NCBI RefSeq assembly: GCF_006345805.1
Contig: NW_021825321.1
Coordinates: forward strand, 1-15,950
Direction: 5' to 3'
Origin: Octopus sinensis
Taxonomy: Eukaryota
DNA length: 15,950 nucleotides
In this document: positions 1-10,173 of the stretch, one piece after another
How the letters are laid out: every line of letters begins with the position of its first letter
Position numbering within the stretch: position 1 is the first letter of the stretch
The notes under the pieces: generated by a model
Database searches by the model: none
Told to the model about the DNA's origin: nothing
What the model saw: the letters and a program-made list of their open reading frames with translations, nothing else
Program-made: the position numbers and the translations under genes

Positions 1-134
1 CTCCACCTACTCCTGTTCCTCCTTCTTCAGTCGCTATGGTTTCATCTACTCTACGTTTCGAAGGTGAAAGCGAGACGTATCTTCGACAAGAAACGTTTCC
101 TTCCTGCGAAAAGCAAATCAATTAAAATTTTGAG

Positions 135-165
<31 letters not shown>

Positions 166-423
166 AAGAGCGAGGGAGAGAGAGACAGAGAGCGAGAGAG
201 AGAGAGAGATTCAGATGAATATGGTACTTAAGTTAAGGCACCAAAATTTAGTATGATATTATCCATACACTTTAAATTAAGGTGATTATAATCAAAATAA
301 GCAACAAGGGTTTCCAGAAGTAATGCAGTCGAGCGTTTCATGCGACTCCATTTAATCGAACAATGCAAACATTACATCAATTTAAAATGTTGAGGAATCT
401 TCAGCTACACAAAAAATATTTTG

Positions 424-454
<31 letters not shown>

Positions 455-461
<7 letters not shown>

Positions 462-1019
462 TGGTAGAAATGACTAATTGTCCCTCTTAGCGTTTGGCAT
501 TTTGTATAATGCCTTCTGGCATGTATGTATAATGCCCTCTAATATAAATTAATATGTTCAATAAGAAATAATTATTTTCGAAATTTTTTCTCTTATGAGG
601 TTTTTACGCTATCTACCTGACAATTTCTTGTTAAGTTTTCCTTATTAATAGTTGTCCTTAATTGCTAAATTTTTATTCCGAAAAAACTTTTCCTCTCCCG
701 AAATGCAATTCGTAAAAGTTTGCCATTTATCCGGATGTAATATATGTAAACTCACCCATGTGCTTCGTTGATGTTGAGCAGTTAGCTGATCGGCTTAAGC
801 GGGGCAGGGTCGTTGTTTATTTATAATACATTCAGGCCTGCTGATGAGTACGTAAGTATGAAATCACTGTGATACAGATCAATATTTTTTTAAATGTCTT
901 ACTTTGAAAAATTGCATTCGGTGGGTTAGTAATATTTTTGGTAGAAATGACTAATTGTCCCTCTTAGCGTTTGGCATGTATGTATAATGCCTTCTGGCAT
1001 GTATGTATAATGCCCTCTA
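455..1019 (+). mobile_element. Penelope-like element pLTR remnant (partial tandem direct repeat enclosing a hammerhead ribozyme)
   Basis: An ~87-bp direct repeat (atatttttggtagaaatgactaattgtccctcttagcgtttggcat...aatgccctcta) occurs at 455-541 and 932-1019 (period 477) with a minimal hammerhead between the copies and (TA)n on both sides. Partial tandem pLTR plus hammerhead is the established Penelope architecture. No RT or GIY-YIG coding sequence was seen. Confidence 0.65.
835..880 (+). ncRNA. Minimal type I hammerhead ribozyme
   Basis: CUGAUGA at 841-847; stem II GUAC/GUAU (848-859) capped by a GUAA tetraloop; GAAA at 860-863; palindromic stem III AUCAC-U-GUGAU (863-873); cleavage triplet AUA (872-874); stem I GGCCUG (835-840) with CAGAUC (875-880), one mismatch. 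Confidence 0.8.
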
Positions 1020-1023
1020 TATA

Positions 1024-1085
<62 letters not shown>

Positions 1086-1150
1086 ATATATATATATACA
1101 TATATATATATACATATTTTGTGTGTATGTGTATGTGTGTGTGTGTGTCT

Positions 1151-1366
1151 GTGTGTGTATCTTTTCGTATTTGTCTCACCCCATCATAGCTTGTCAACCG
1201 GCGTTGTTGAGTTTACGTCTCTGTAACTTAGCAGTTCGGCAAATGTTACTGATAGAATAAGTACTAGGCTTTAAAAAAATAAGTACTGGGGTCGATTCAT
1301 TGGACTAAAAGTTCAAGATGGTGCCATAGCATGGCCGCAATCTAATGAGTCAAAAATATAAAAGAT
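1151..1366 (+). mobile_element. tRNA-SINE family A, diverged 3' half
   Basis: Aligns to 1565-1774 (cttgtcaaccgg...taacttagcagttcggcaaa...gatagaataagtactaggctt...ggggtcgatt...catggccgca). Confidence 0.85.
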
Positions 1367-1367
1367 A

Positions 1368-1774
1368 GGCGCAGGAGTGGCTGTGTGGTAAGTAGCTTGC
1401 TAACCAACCACATGGTTCCGGGTTCAGTCCCACTGCGTGGCATCTTGGGCAAGTGTCTTCTGCTGTGTCCCCGGGCCGACCAATGCCTTGTGAGTGGATT
1501 TGGTGGACGGAGACTGAAAGAAGCCTGTCGTATATATGTGTATATATATGTATGTGTGTTTGTTTGTGTGTCTGTGTTTGTCCCCCTAGCATTGCTTGAC
1601 AACCGATGCTGGTGTGTTTATGTCCCCGTTACTTAGCGGTTCGGCAAAAGAGACCGATAGCATAAGTACTGGGCTTACAAAAAAAGAATAAGTCCCGGGG
1701 TCGAGTCGCTCGACTAAAGGCGGTGCTCCAGCATGGCCGCAGTCAAGGACTGAAACAAGTAAAAGAGTAAAGAG
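1368..1774 (+). mobile_element. tRNA-SINE family A, full-length
   Basis: A-box-like TGGCTGTGTGG (~1378-1388), B-box-like GGTTCAGTCCC (1421-1431), cttgggcaagtgtctt CORE-like segment, internal (TA)/(TG) tract and A-rich tail. Four other copies or fragments occur in the window. Confidence 0.92.
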
Positions 1775-1819
<45 letters not shown>

Positions 1820-2351
1820 GCACACACAGGTATATATAGGTAACAAACCCGTATATATGTATTTTTGCCCATGGTTTTTTACACAAGATACATGTACCCA
1901 AGCCCAGCTATACACGGGCAAAGAAAAAGCCCTCATTCAGAAGCACACTTTTGCACAAAAACATGCACATGCACAATGTAGACCTATTCAGACATACCCC
2001 AACATGTATTCACAGACAGACAGACAGACAGACAGATAAAGAGACGGAGAGGAGTGGAAACACTGAAGGGCATTGTCCCTCGCCCACATTAAGGATGAAA
2101 TAACCTCATCCATTCACAGACGTTCGTACACACATACAAGCTCTCTCTCTCTCTCACACATACTTAATCATATGTATCAATGGCAACTTACACACACATA
2201 CACAAACACACACACACACAAACAGACGCTCACACATAGGCACACATATGAATGGATGTATATATAAACATATACGTAGATAAATTGCTTGATAGATAGA
2301 TTGCTAAACAAACATGCATACATAATATATACATATTTATGTGTATATATA

Positions 2352-2392
<41 letters not shown>

Positions 2393-2431
2393 TATATATA
2401 TATATATGTATAGATAGATAGACATTTGCAA

Positions 2432-2474
<43 letters not shown>

Positions 2475-2477
2475 TTT

Positions 2478-2775
2478 GTGCCCTTTTCAAGCCTAGCCAT
2501 CCCCATGGGCCCGGTTTCCCGGTTTCTGTGGTGTATGTATTCCCCCCAGCTGGACGGGACGCCAGTCCATCTCAGCGTTACTGAAGAAACAGGAAGAAGT
2601 AGTGAGAGAAAGTTAGGGCGAAAGAGTCAACAGGGGTTGCCACCACCCCCTGACGGAACCTCGTGGAGCTTTAGGTGTTTTCGTTCAATAAACACACAAC
2701 GCCCGGTCTGGAAATCGAAACCGCGATCCTCCGACCGCGAGTCAGCTGCCCTAACCACTGGGTCATTGCGCCTCC
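2478..2775 (-). mobile_element. tRNA-SINE family B
   Basis: The minus strand starts ggaggcgcaatgacccagtggttagg (A box) and contains ggtttcgatttcc (B-box-like). It is a GC-rich island between (TA)n and (CA)n tracts, and its head resembles that of family C at 9436. Confidence 0.85.
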
Positions 2776-3666
2776 ACACACAAACACACATGCACACACA
2801 CACTGACGCACACATATATATATATATGCCTATATACATACATATATATGTTTATATACACACATATACGTATATACAGATATACACATATACTGGATAT
2901 ACTGGCATATACATAACTACAGGCAATCACAGGAAAATACATACATAATTACATACATATTCCACATTCACACTCACATATGTCGACATATCTGCATACG
3001 TACACCTATGCACAAGCACAAAACTCCATATTCTCTTGTATTTTTAATTAATCAATGAAAAATTTAAGCTTCTTTGACGTCAATACGGACACTAGAAGGA
3101 AAAGCTTCTGGTTGCAAGATGGAAGGAGACAGAGCGGTTAGAGGAGAGATAGAGAGAGAGAGAGAGAAACAGAAAGAAAGAGAAAGAGAGAGAGAGAGAA
3201 GAGAGAGCAGGATTGAAGGAAAAAGAATCAGAGTGAAAGGGAAGGAACAGAAAGACATGGGAAGGAGCAAGCAGGACCAAAAAGAAAGTGAAAATGTAAT
3301 AGTAATAGTTGTATGATGGAGACATCAGAGAAAAATTGCATATATATGCATAGATGTGTGTACGGGTGTGTGTGTGGCTGTATGTATATATGTATTTGTG
3401 TGTCAATATATGTATATGTATGTATATGCATACATGCCTATATTTATACATACATACATACATACATACATACATACATACATACATACATACATACATA
3501 CATACAAACACATATATATATTTTAGGTGGGTATGTATATACGGCTATCGCATTATCAGTGTATCGATCAGACTATCGAATGTTGTTATACATCGCTGGC
3601 CACAATGCAATACGCATTGCTTTAGCTTTCGAATGATGCCATCCCTCTGGCTAGGTGAGTAGGCCA

Positions 3667-3697
<31 letters not shown>

Positions 3698-3901
3698 ATA
3701 TATATATATATACATATATACATATATGTATATGACACGAATATGTATATGTATATATACACACACATGCACACATACATATATGTATATGGTATACATA
3801 TGTATACATATGTATGAGTGTATATGATATATATATATATATTTAACTATTTTTATTTATGTTATATTTATTTATACAAAGACTAAAATGGTGATGTTAA
3901 C

Positions 3902-3932
<31 letters not shown>

Positions 3933-4165
3933 GATTAGGATGCTAATGATGATGATGCTGAAGAAGAAGAAGAAGAAGAAGAAGAAGAAGAAGAAGAAGA
4001 AGAAGAAACAGAAGAAGAAGAAGAAACAGAAAAGAAGAAGAAGAAAGAAGAAGAAGAAGAAGAAGAAGAAGAAGAAGAAGAAGAAAAGAAGAAGAAGAAG
4101 AAGAAGAAGACGGAGAAGACGACGACGACGACGAAGAAGAAGATGAAGAAAACGAAGAAGAAGAA
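3902..4165. repeat. Compound trinucleotide microsatellite (GAT)n-(GAA)n-(GAC)n
   Basis: Directly visible. It explains the poly-K/R/S/L ORFs at 3931-4224. Confidence 0.97.
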
Positions 4166-4780
4166 AATGAAAGACGCATACTTAAAACAGCGAAAAAAAT
4201 TAAAGAAAAAACCCCTTTGCACATGCTTCCACCTCCTTCTTTCCTACGAGGTCAGAGTCCTATGAATGAAGTCACAGAAAGTGAGAGATACGACTGCATA
4301 CCGTAAGATATGAGAAGAAACGAAAAGAGTGAATTGAAGAAAGACAGAGAGTGTGTGAGAAATTAATCGAGAAGACACGAAAAAAAGAGGAGAAAATGAA
4401 AAATAAATGAGCAAAAGAGAAAGTAAACTACGAAAAAACCGAAAGAATAAAGAAACTAAAAAAATAGAAAGGAAAGAAAAAGAAGAAACGCGCACACGAA
4501 AAGAAAATCCCAAACCAGAAAATTGAAAAACAGATAAAAAGAAAAGAGATGAGAGTGGACATGAACGAAAAATATTCAAAAATTTATTCTGCAACTAAGA
4601 ATGCAAAAGAAGAAATAAAAAAATAACACGAAAGAAATAAAGCAAAAACGCAAGAAACAAGTGAGATCCGGAAATAGCGGCATATAAATAATCTGACCGG
4701 AAATGACGCGTTGCAAGATATTGTCATCATCTTTCGAGATGCTAATTGAAATGGGAGACAAAATTTTTTCATTAGGGGTT

Positions 4781-4781
4781 G

Positions 4782-4838
<57 letters not shown>

Positions 4839-4865
4839 GTTGTTGTTGTTGTTATTATTATTATT
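4781..4865. repeat. (TTA)n/(TTG)n microsatellite
   Basis: Directly visible, immediately upstream of the family D SINE. Confidence 0.97.
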
Positions 4866-5076
4866 AAGGCGGTGAACTGGAAGAATCAGCGCGCTAGGCG
4901 AAATGCTTAGGGGTATTTCGCCCGTAGCCACGTTCTGAGTTAAAATTCTGCCGAGGGCGATTTTACCTTTCAACATTTTGGGGGCAATAAAATAAGTACC
5001 AGTTGAACGCTGGGGTCGATGTAAACGACTCATTCCCTCCCCCAAAATTGCTACCCTTGTGGCAAAATTTGAAATC
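4866..5076 (+). mobile_element. SINE family D, full-length
   Basis: aaggcggtgaactggaagaatc head, B-box-like gagttaaaattc, aataaaataagtaccagttgaacgctggggtcgat module, and (TTA)n tail from 5077. A second copy starts at 5155. Confidence 0.85.
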
Positions 5077-5154
5077 ATTATTATTGTTGTTGTTGTTGTT
5101 GTTGTTGTTCTTCTTCTTCTTCTCCTTCTTCTTCTTCATTTTCTCATTATTATT

Positions 5155-5326
5155 AAGGTGATGAGCAGGCTGGATCGTTAACATTTCTGACAAAATGCTT
5201 AGCGGCATTTTGATCGTCTTTACCTTCTGAGTTCAAATTCCGCCGAGGACGATAAAATAAGTACCAGTTAAATACTGGGGTCAATGTAATCGACTCATCC
5301 TCTCCCCCAAAACTGCTGCTCGTTGT
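5155..5326 (+). mobile_element. SINE family D, internally deleted copy
   Basis: Colinear with 4866-5060, with B-box-like gagttcaaattcc. It lacks about 30 nt between ccgagg and gataaaataagtacc. Confidence 0.85.
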
Positions 5327-6515
5327 CAGGGTCTCTTTTTGAACATTATAAGCTTTGATACTTGGTTGTTAATTATTGTGGGAGACATTCAACATACAAG
5401 TACCAATCTCAAAATCCTAGCTGTCCCCAACAGAGCAGTTTTTTTAGGTTTCCTCTGCTCTCATGTCAATTCCGATTCTGACATATTTCTCGAACTTAGT
5501 TGTTAATGCTCTGACTGCCCCTATAACTACTGGAATTACCGACACTCTCCTCATAGTCCACATTCTTGCAATTTCATCTTTTAGTATTTTTTAACCTCTT
5601 CTAGTTTTTTGTCATGCGTGCATCCCCGAGTATTGCAATATCTATAATCCTGGTTTTCTTGCTTTCTTTATCGACCACAACAATATCTGATCTCCGAGCC
5701 GCGATTAGGGAGTCACATTGGATTGTAAAATCCCACTATATCTTATATTCCTTGTTCTCGGTGACTCCTGGTTGATGTTCGTACCATTTCCGTGCTCTGT
5801 TCAGGCCGAACTTTTCACATAGCCTCCAGTGGACGAACTTAGCCACGTTATCGTGCCTCCTTTTGTAGTGCTTTTGCACCTCACTCACAATATGTGAGAT
5901 TGTTTCGCTTCTGCTGTCATAAATCCTACAAAGGGGCGATTCACTACTCTTATCTATTTAAAACTTGGTGTAATTAGTTCTCAGGGCTTGTTCTTGAGCG
6001 CTGCATATCAATGTCTCAGTGCATCCTTTCAGATAACTTTTCCTTAGTCATCTCCAAGTGTTGATCTTGTCTTTTCCTTCGATTTCTCTGAGGTATTACC
6101 CATGCAGTGGTTTCATTTTCCAATTGTTTACTTTTCCTTCATTTTGTTCCTTAAATGTTTTTGGATGCATCACATTTTCGGTAGGTATTGTATTGTTAAT
6201 TCTATTAGCGGCAAGAAAGGATTCACTCTGCTGTTTGGTGTACCAACCCAGATTGTTCTTCTCGTTGGCAACACAGATTTTTTGCATTTTATGAGGCATC
6301 TTCCTCCCCTATTCCCCTCTTCCTTCCCTGGCACATACAGTTTGTCAGTATCACTTTTGGGGTGTAGTTCCTTGTTAATTGTCATCACTTTTCTGGTTTT
6401 CCTTTCCATTTCTCAAGCTCATTCTTCGTCCACTTAACAACACCTGCACCGTATCGCATTAAAGAAACAGCCCATGTGTTCATTTCCCTGATCTTGTTTT
6501 TCTCCATTCAGCCAA
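5327..6515 (-). mobile_element. 5'-truncated, decayed non-LTR retrotransposon of RLE type (R4/Dong-like): post-RT region, CCHC knuckle and restriction-like endonuclease
   Basis: Manual minus-strand translation across frameshifts and stops gives NTWAVSLMRYGAGVVKWTKNELE..MERKTRKVMTINKELHPKSDTDKLYVP; AQEQALRTNY; ESPLCRIY..ETISHIVSE-VQKHYKRRHDNVAKFVHW; WYEHQP; WDFTIQCD..ARRSDIVVVDK..IIDIA; VIPVVIGA; KTALLGTARILRLVLVC* (stop 5389-5391). These include the degenerate CCHC, RHD and PD..D motifs. Confidence 0.92.
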
Positions 6516-6519
6516 TTTC

Positions 6520-7030
6520 CCATAATCAGATTGGTTCTTCTGCCACATCAACTCCAAACAGAATACTTATTGCCATTAGAGACACACAATAGTCTTCCTC
6601 CAGACAATTGCGTATTTTCTCAACGAGCTTTGATGTTATGACGTCCCTCTCCTTCCTACACCACTCATCTCATCTCTATCGTCCTTGAATCTCTTGTGTC
6701 TGTGTAAAACAGATGCTCGGCAAGTTACTCCTTAAGCATTCTGGAGCGTCTAATAAATTTCTGCCCAGTTTAATATAAAATTTCATTTCTTAGTGAGCTT
6801 CCAAATTGTTTTTCACATCTCGACTGCATTCTGCAAACTAGAAGCCGTGACAAGCAGTATTTAAGTAGGGTGTGTTCAAAGTTCTATTACATCTGTCTCC
6901 TTCAATCTGGAATAAAAACAAGTTGACAAGTCAGCGTATTAGTTGTTATGGTATGCTAAAATTACAATAATCTAGGACAGTTATAACTGCCTCTCCTAAA
7001 AATGTATAGAAACCTATCGTTTAACTCGTA
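6520..7030 (-). mobile_element. Decayed mariner/Tc1 DNA transposon, 5' end (putative TIR plus transposase N-terminal HTH region)
   Basis: Minus strand from ATG at 6829 reads, across frameshifts, MQSRCE..MKFYIKLGRN..RASVLHRHKRFKD..DVITSKLVEKIRNCLEEDYCVSLMAISILFGV. This matches the mariner pattern IKF..KLGKN / RASVFEWHKRFK / D.RVS...IS..F.V. The element ends ...ctcgTA (7025-7030), like TA-CGAG mariner termini. Confidence 0.75.
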
Positions 7031-7334
7031 TTATTTACCATATTTCTGTGTAACAAAATTATGAATTTTTTAAACATGGCTACAGGCGTTCAGTCTCGAC
7101 CATAGATCTACAAATCTATTCTTTTTATTTATAAGTATGACTAACTGTCATCCATGCAAGCGAGTCTCCATTTCTCTGCTACCGATGTTCATTCAAGTGA
7201 AAGATCGCCAGCTTGGGCCAATACAGTTTGGCCCCTGTGTCATTGAAGCCGTTACTGTTATAATTCAAAGAGGCGGTGGAGAAACTGTAAAGTACTTTTC
7301 CCGCCCAATAACAGTTCTGCCAATCCACTGCCTT

Positions 7335-7480
7335 GAATTGGTATTTTTTTTACCAACCCCGAAAACATAAAACACAAAATTGATCGTAGCTGGATTTGAA
7401 CTTAGTGCGCAGATAATTATATCAAATACCACAAAGCATTTTATCCAATGCAACTTGGCCAATTCGTTGACCATCCCATT
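7335..7480 (-). mobile_element. SINE family D, old diverged copy
   Basis: ttggtattttttttaccaaccccgaaa...ggatttgaactta...aagcatttt is the reverse complement of the family D body. A further short head fragment lies at about 7290-7334. Confidence 0.6.
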
Positions 7481-7859
7481 AAAAAAAAGGGAGCATTAAT
7501 ATCAGAATTTTTAAGGCCTTAAATTATATTCTTAAAGTCTGTGACGTCTAGTTTTAGAACCGCAGCTCTAGAAGATGGAAACTGGGAAACTTCATAACAT
7601 TTCTAAAGCCTGACAAAATTACATGCGAAACAGAATCATAGAAAAAAGCAAAAAAGAAAATACAAATTAAAAAAAGCCCATCAAATGCATCATTTTAACA
7701 CTTGACATCAGTAAAACTTTGGACACCATTGTCTACTTTTTATTCTCTTGTGAACAAAATATTCATTACATCAATCAGGAACAACGCATAACGATGGCTA
7801 GAAAATTACCTGTCTGCTGTAATAAAGAAACAACAATAACAGCAATAACGACGACGATG

Positions 7860-7975
<116 letters not shown>

Positions 7976-8756
7976 GTAATGGTTTCATGTTTTGGCACAA
8001 GGTCAGCAGTTTTAGTGAGTAGGAAAATACGGTAAAGCAACGCGTCTAATATTTATAATTACCCGAATGGAGTGCTACAGTTACTCGTTCTCTTCCTTGT
8101 TTTTCTACCTACATATGCACGCATAAACTCTATATTCACATGCTCCCTCAGAGCATAAGTCATACATTCATACAGACGTACTTCTTCTATTCATGAGGTA
8201 CATCTGCTCCAATCTCATATTAATCGCAGAGAAACATGCCTCGCAAACAACATAAAGAAACCAGGCAAATGTGCAATCATTCATTATATTTAACATCATG
8301 AACATACAAAATATACACACACAGAAATAGAAGACACAAACAGTGGGAGTCACGTACAATATCTTCCACGGTCATCTTGGCTCTTATAGAAGACATAAGA
8401 CACAGAAGGAGCAAAACGATCTACAAAACCTACCTTGAGCAATCACAGGTACCACATTTTATCAATAGAAAGAAATAACAATAATGATGTACGAACAGTA
8501 CATTAGACTCATCATGGGTTATGCTTACTTTGTTTTAGCTGTCCTGTTCCATCCACAGTCAACGGCGAAGAAAAAATATAAGAGAATGCATTTCGTCAAT
8601 GCAAATTGTATATGGACCAGACTTACAGCTCACCTATAGAATAAAAAAAGATACATAAATTTATATAAATAAGGATAAGATCGTTAATTTAAATATGGAT
8701 CTTATCAAGTGACCAGCATGGGAATAAAAACATTCAAAGGTAATAATTATTATTAA

Positions 8757-8975
8757 AATTATAATTTAGGGTATCTAAGAGATACCACTACGCTGAAAAT
8801 AGCAGTCAAAACCTGTCTCTAAAACCATATTAAATGTTCATACAGCACCGCTAGTTTACTTTGTCCTTTTTTCTTCTCTCCTGGTGCTGTATGAACATTT
8901 AATGTGGTATTAGAGTCAGGTTTTGACTGCTATTTTCAGCGTGGTGGTATCTCTTAGATACTCTAAAATATAATT
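8757..8975. repeat. Long inverted repeat (fold-back): 93-bp arms, 33-nt spacer
   Basis: 8757-8849 matches the reverse complement of 8883-8975 with 6 mismatches and no gaps. Confidence 0.97.
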
Positions 8976-9435
8976 AGAATAAATAAAGATATGTAGATTA
9001 AGAGATTATCGGAGTATAGGAGGAACAGAATTTATTAACTCAACAGCCTCTGTCAGCACTTGCTAAAATACTAAATCACATTGAACTACGTGAAGACAGA
9101 ATGTAACTTGGGAGGATGGATCTGTGAGTGACTGAAATTAAAAGCTGTTTTTGTTTGTTTGTTTGTTTGATTGTTTGTTAGTTTTTTGTTTTTTTTTAGT
9201 TTTCCTCTTTGTAGATCCAAACTCACTCCGTACACTCCACTGATTAAGGAACTCTCAGCCTACGCCATATTACCTTCAAGATTATCCATAGGCATCTGAG
9301 GAGCTTCCGATAGCGATTGTAAACTAAATACAATACAACACTGGGGCTTGGAGTTGCGGCTGAATGTACCACTTTGATTTTCTTCGACCATCATCAGACT
9401 TGTTTCTTCTGTGGTGAATATTCTTGTTAGCAGTA

Positions 9436-9762
9436 GGAGGCGCGTGGCTTAGCGGTTACGGTATTTGGCTCACAGTCGTAAGGTGCTAAGTTCGATTACT
9501 GGCGGCGTATTGTGTCCTTGAACATGACGCTCTATTTCATGATGCTTTAGTCCACTCGGCTGGTAAAAATGAGTAGTAGTACTTGTATTTCCAGGGGCCA
9601 GCCTTCTCACATCCGGCATGTCACGCTGAATCTCCCTAAGATCTTCGTGCAGGATTACGCGTGTGTGCGGAGTGCTAAACCACTTGCACGTTAAATTCTC
9701 GTGCAGACTGTTGCGTTGATCAGATCAACTGGAACACATGTCGTCGAAACCGATGAAAGGCC
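9436..9762 (+). mobile_element. tRNA-SINE family C
   Basis: ggaggcgcgtggcttagcggtta (A box), agttcgattac (B-box-like) and ttgtgtccttgaaca CORE-like segment. Homologous to the minus-strand copy at 15105-15400. Confidence 0.85.
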
Positions 9763-10173
9763 GGTTATTATCGGTGCCGCATGAATTTGTGCTTTAGTAA
9801 GTTCAAACGTCTGTGGTCTCATTTGGGTACTCAGTGTCAAGGAAAAACGATTAACACTCAAGACGGCCACAGCAGCTACCTACCACCACTATGTAATCAT
9901 TTGATGAAAACGAAAATGATTAACAACAAATGCTATTTACCATTTGGATCCCGCGTTTTTCCCTCAACAAAGCGTGACGGAAAAAACCTCCCTTAGTTTA
10001 TACGATCATTGGTACGACTCTTCTGGAGTTAGACACGTGGTAATGATTACTTCAGTTAGCTAATTTATTACCGTTATTTTTCAGTTACAATTATAGTTTA
10101 AAACGATGCACACGAGCCGTTTACATTTGAAATATTTATCAAGGATAAGGTATTTAAGGATTTTTATGTTTAC

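Noticed and set aside
21-64. Minus-strand CCUUC-GAAAC-GUA...CUGAAGA-AGG: hammerhead boxes in type II order
   Set aside because: No stem I can be drawn between the triplet and the CUGA box, and the motif is near the window edge. At most it is repeat debris.
1368-1440. tRNA gene-like heads (also 2700-2775, 9436-9505, 15340-15400)
   Set aside because: A and B boxes are present, but there is no complete cloverleaf and each head continues into a SINE body.
971-3799. Many ORFs rich in YI/HT/CV repeats
   Set aside because: They are translations of (TA)n, (CA)n and (CATA)n microsatellites and SINE bodies.
3931-4224. Poly-Lys/Arg, poly-Ser and poly-Leu ORFs
   Set aside because: They come from a stop-free (GAA)n microsatellite, with no coding evidence.
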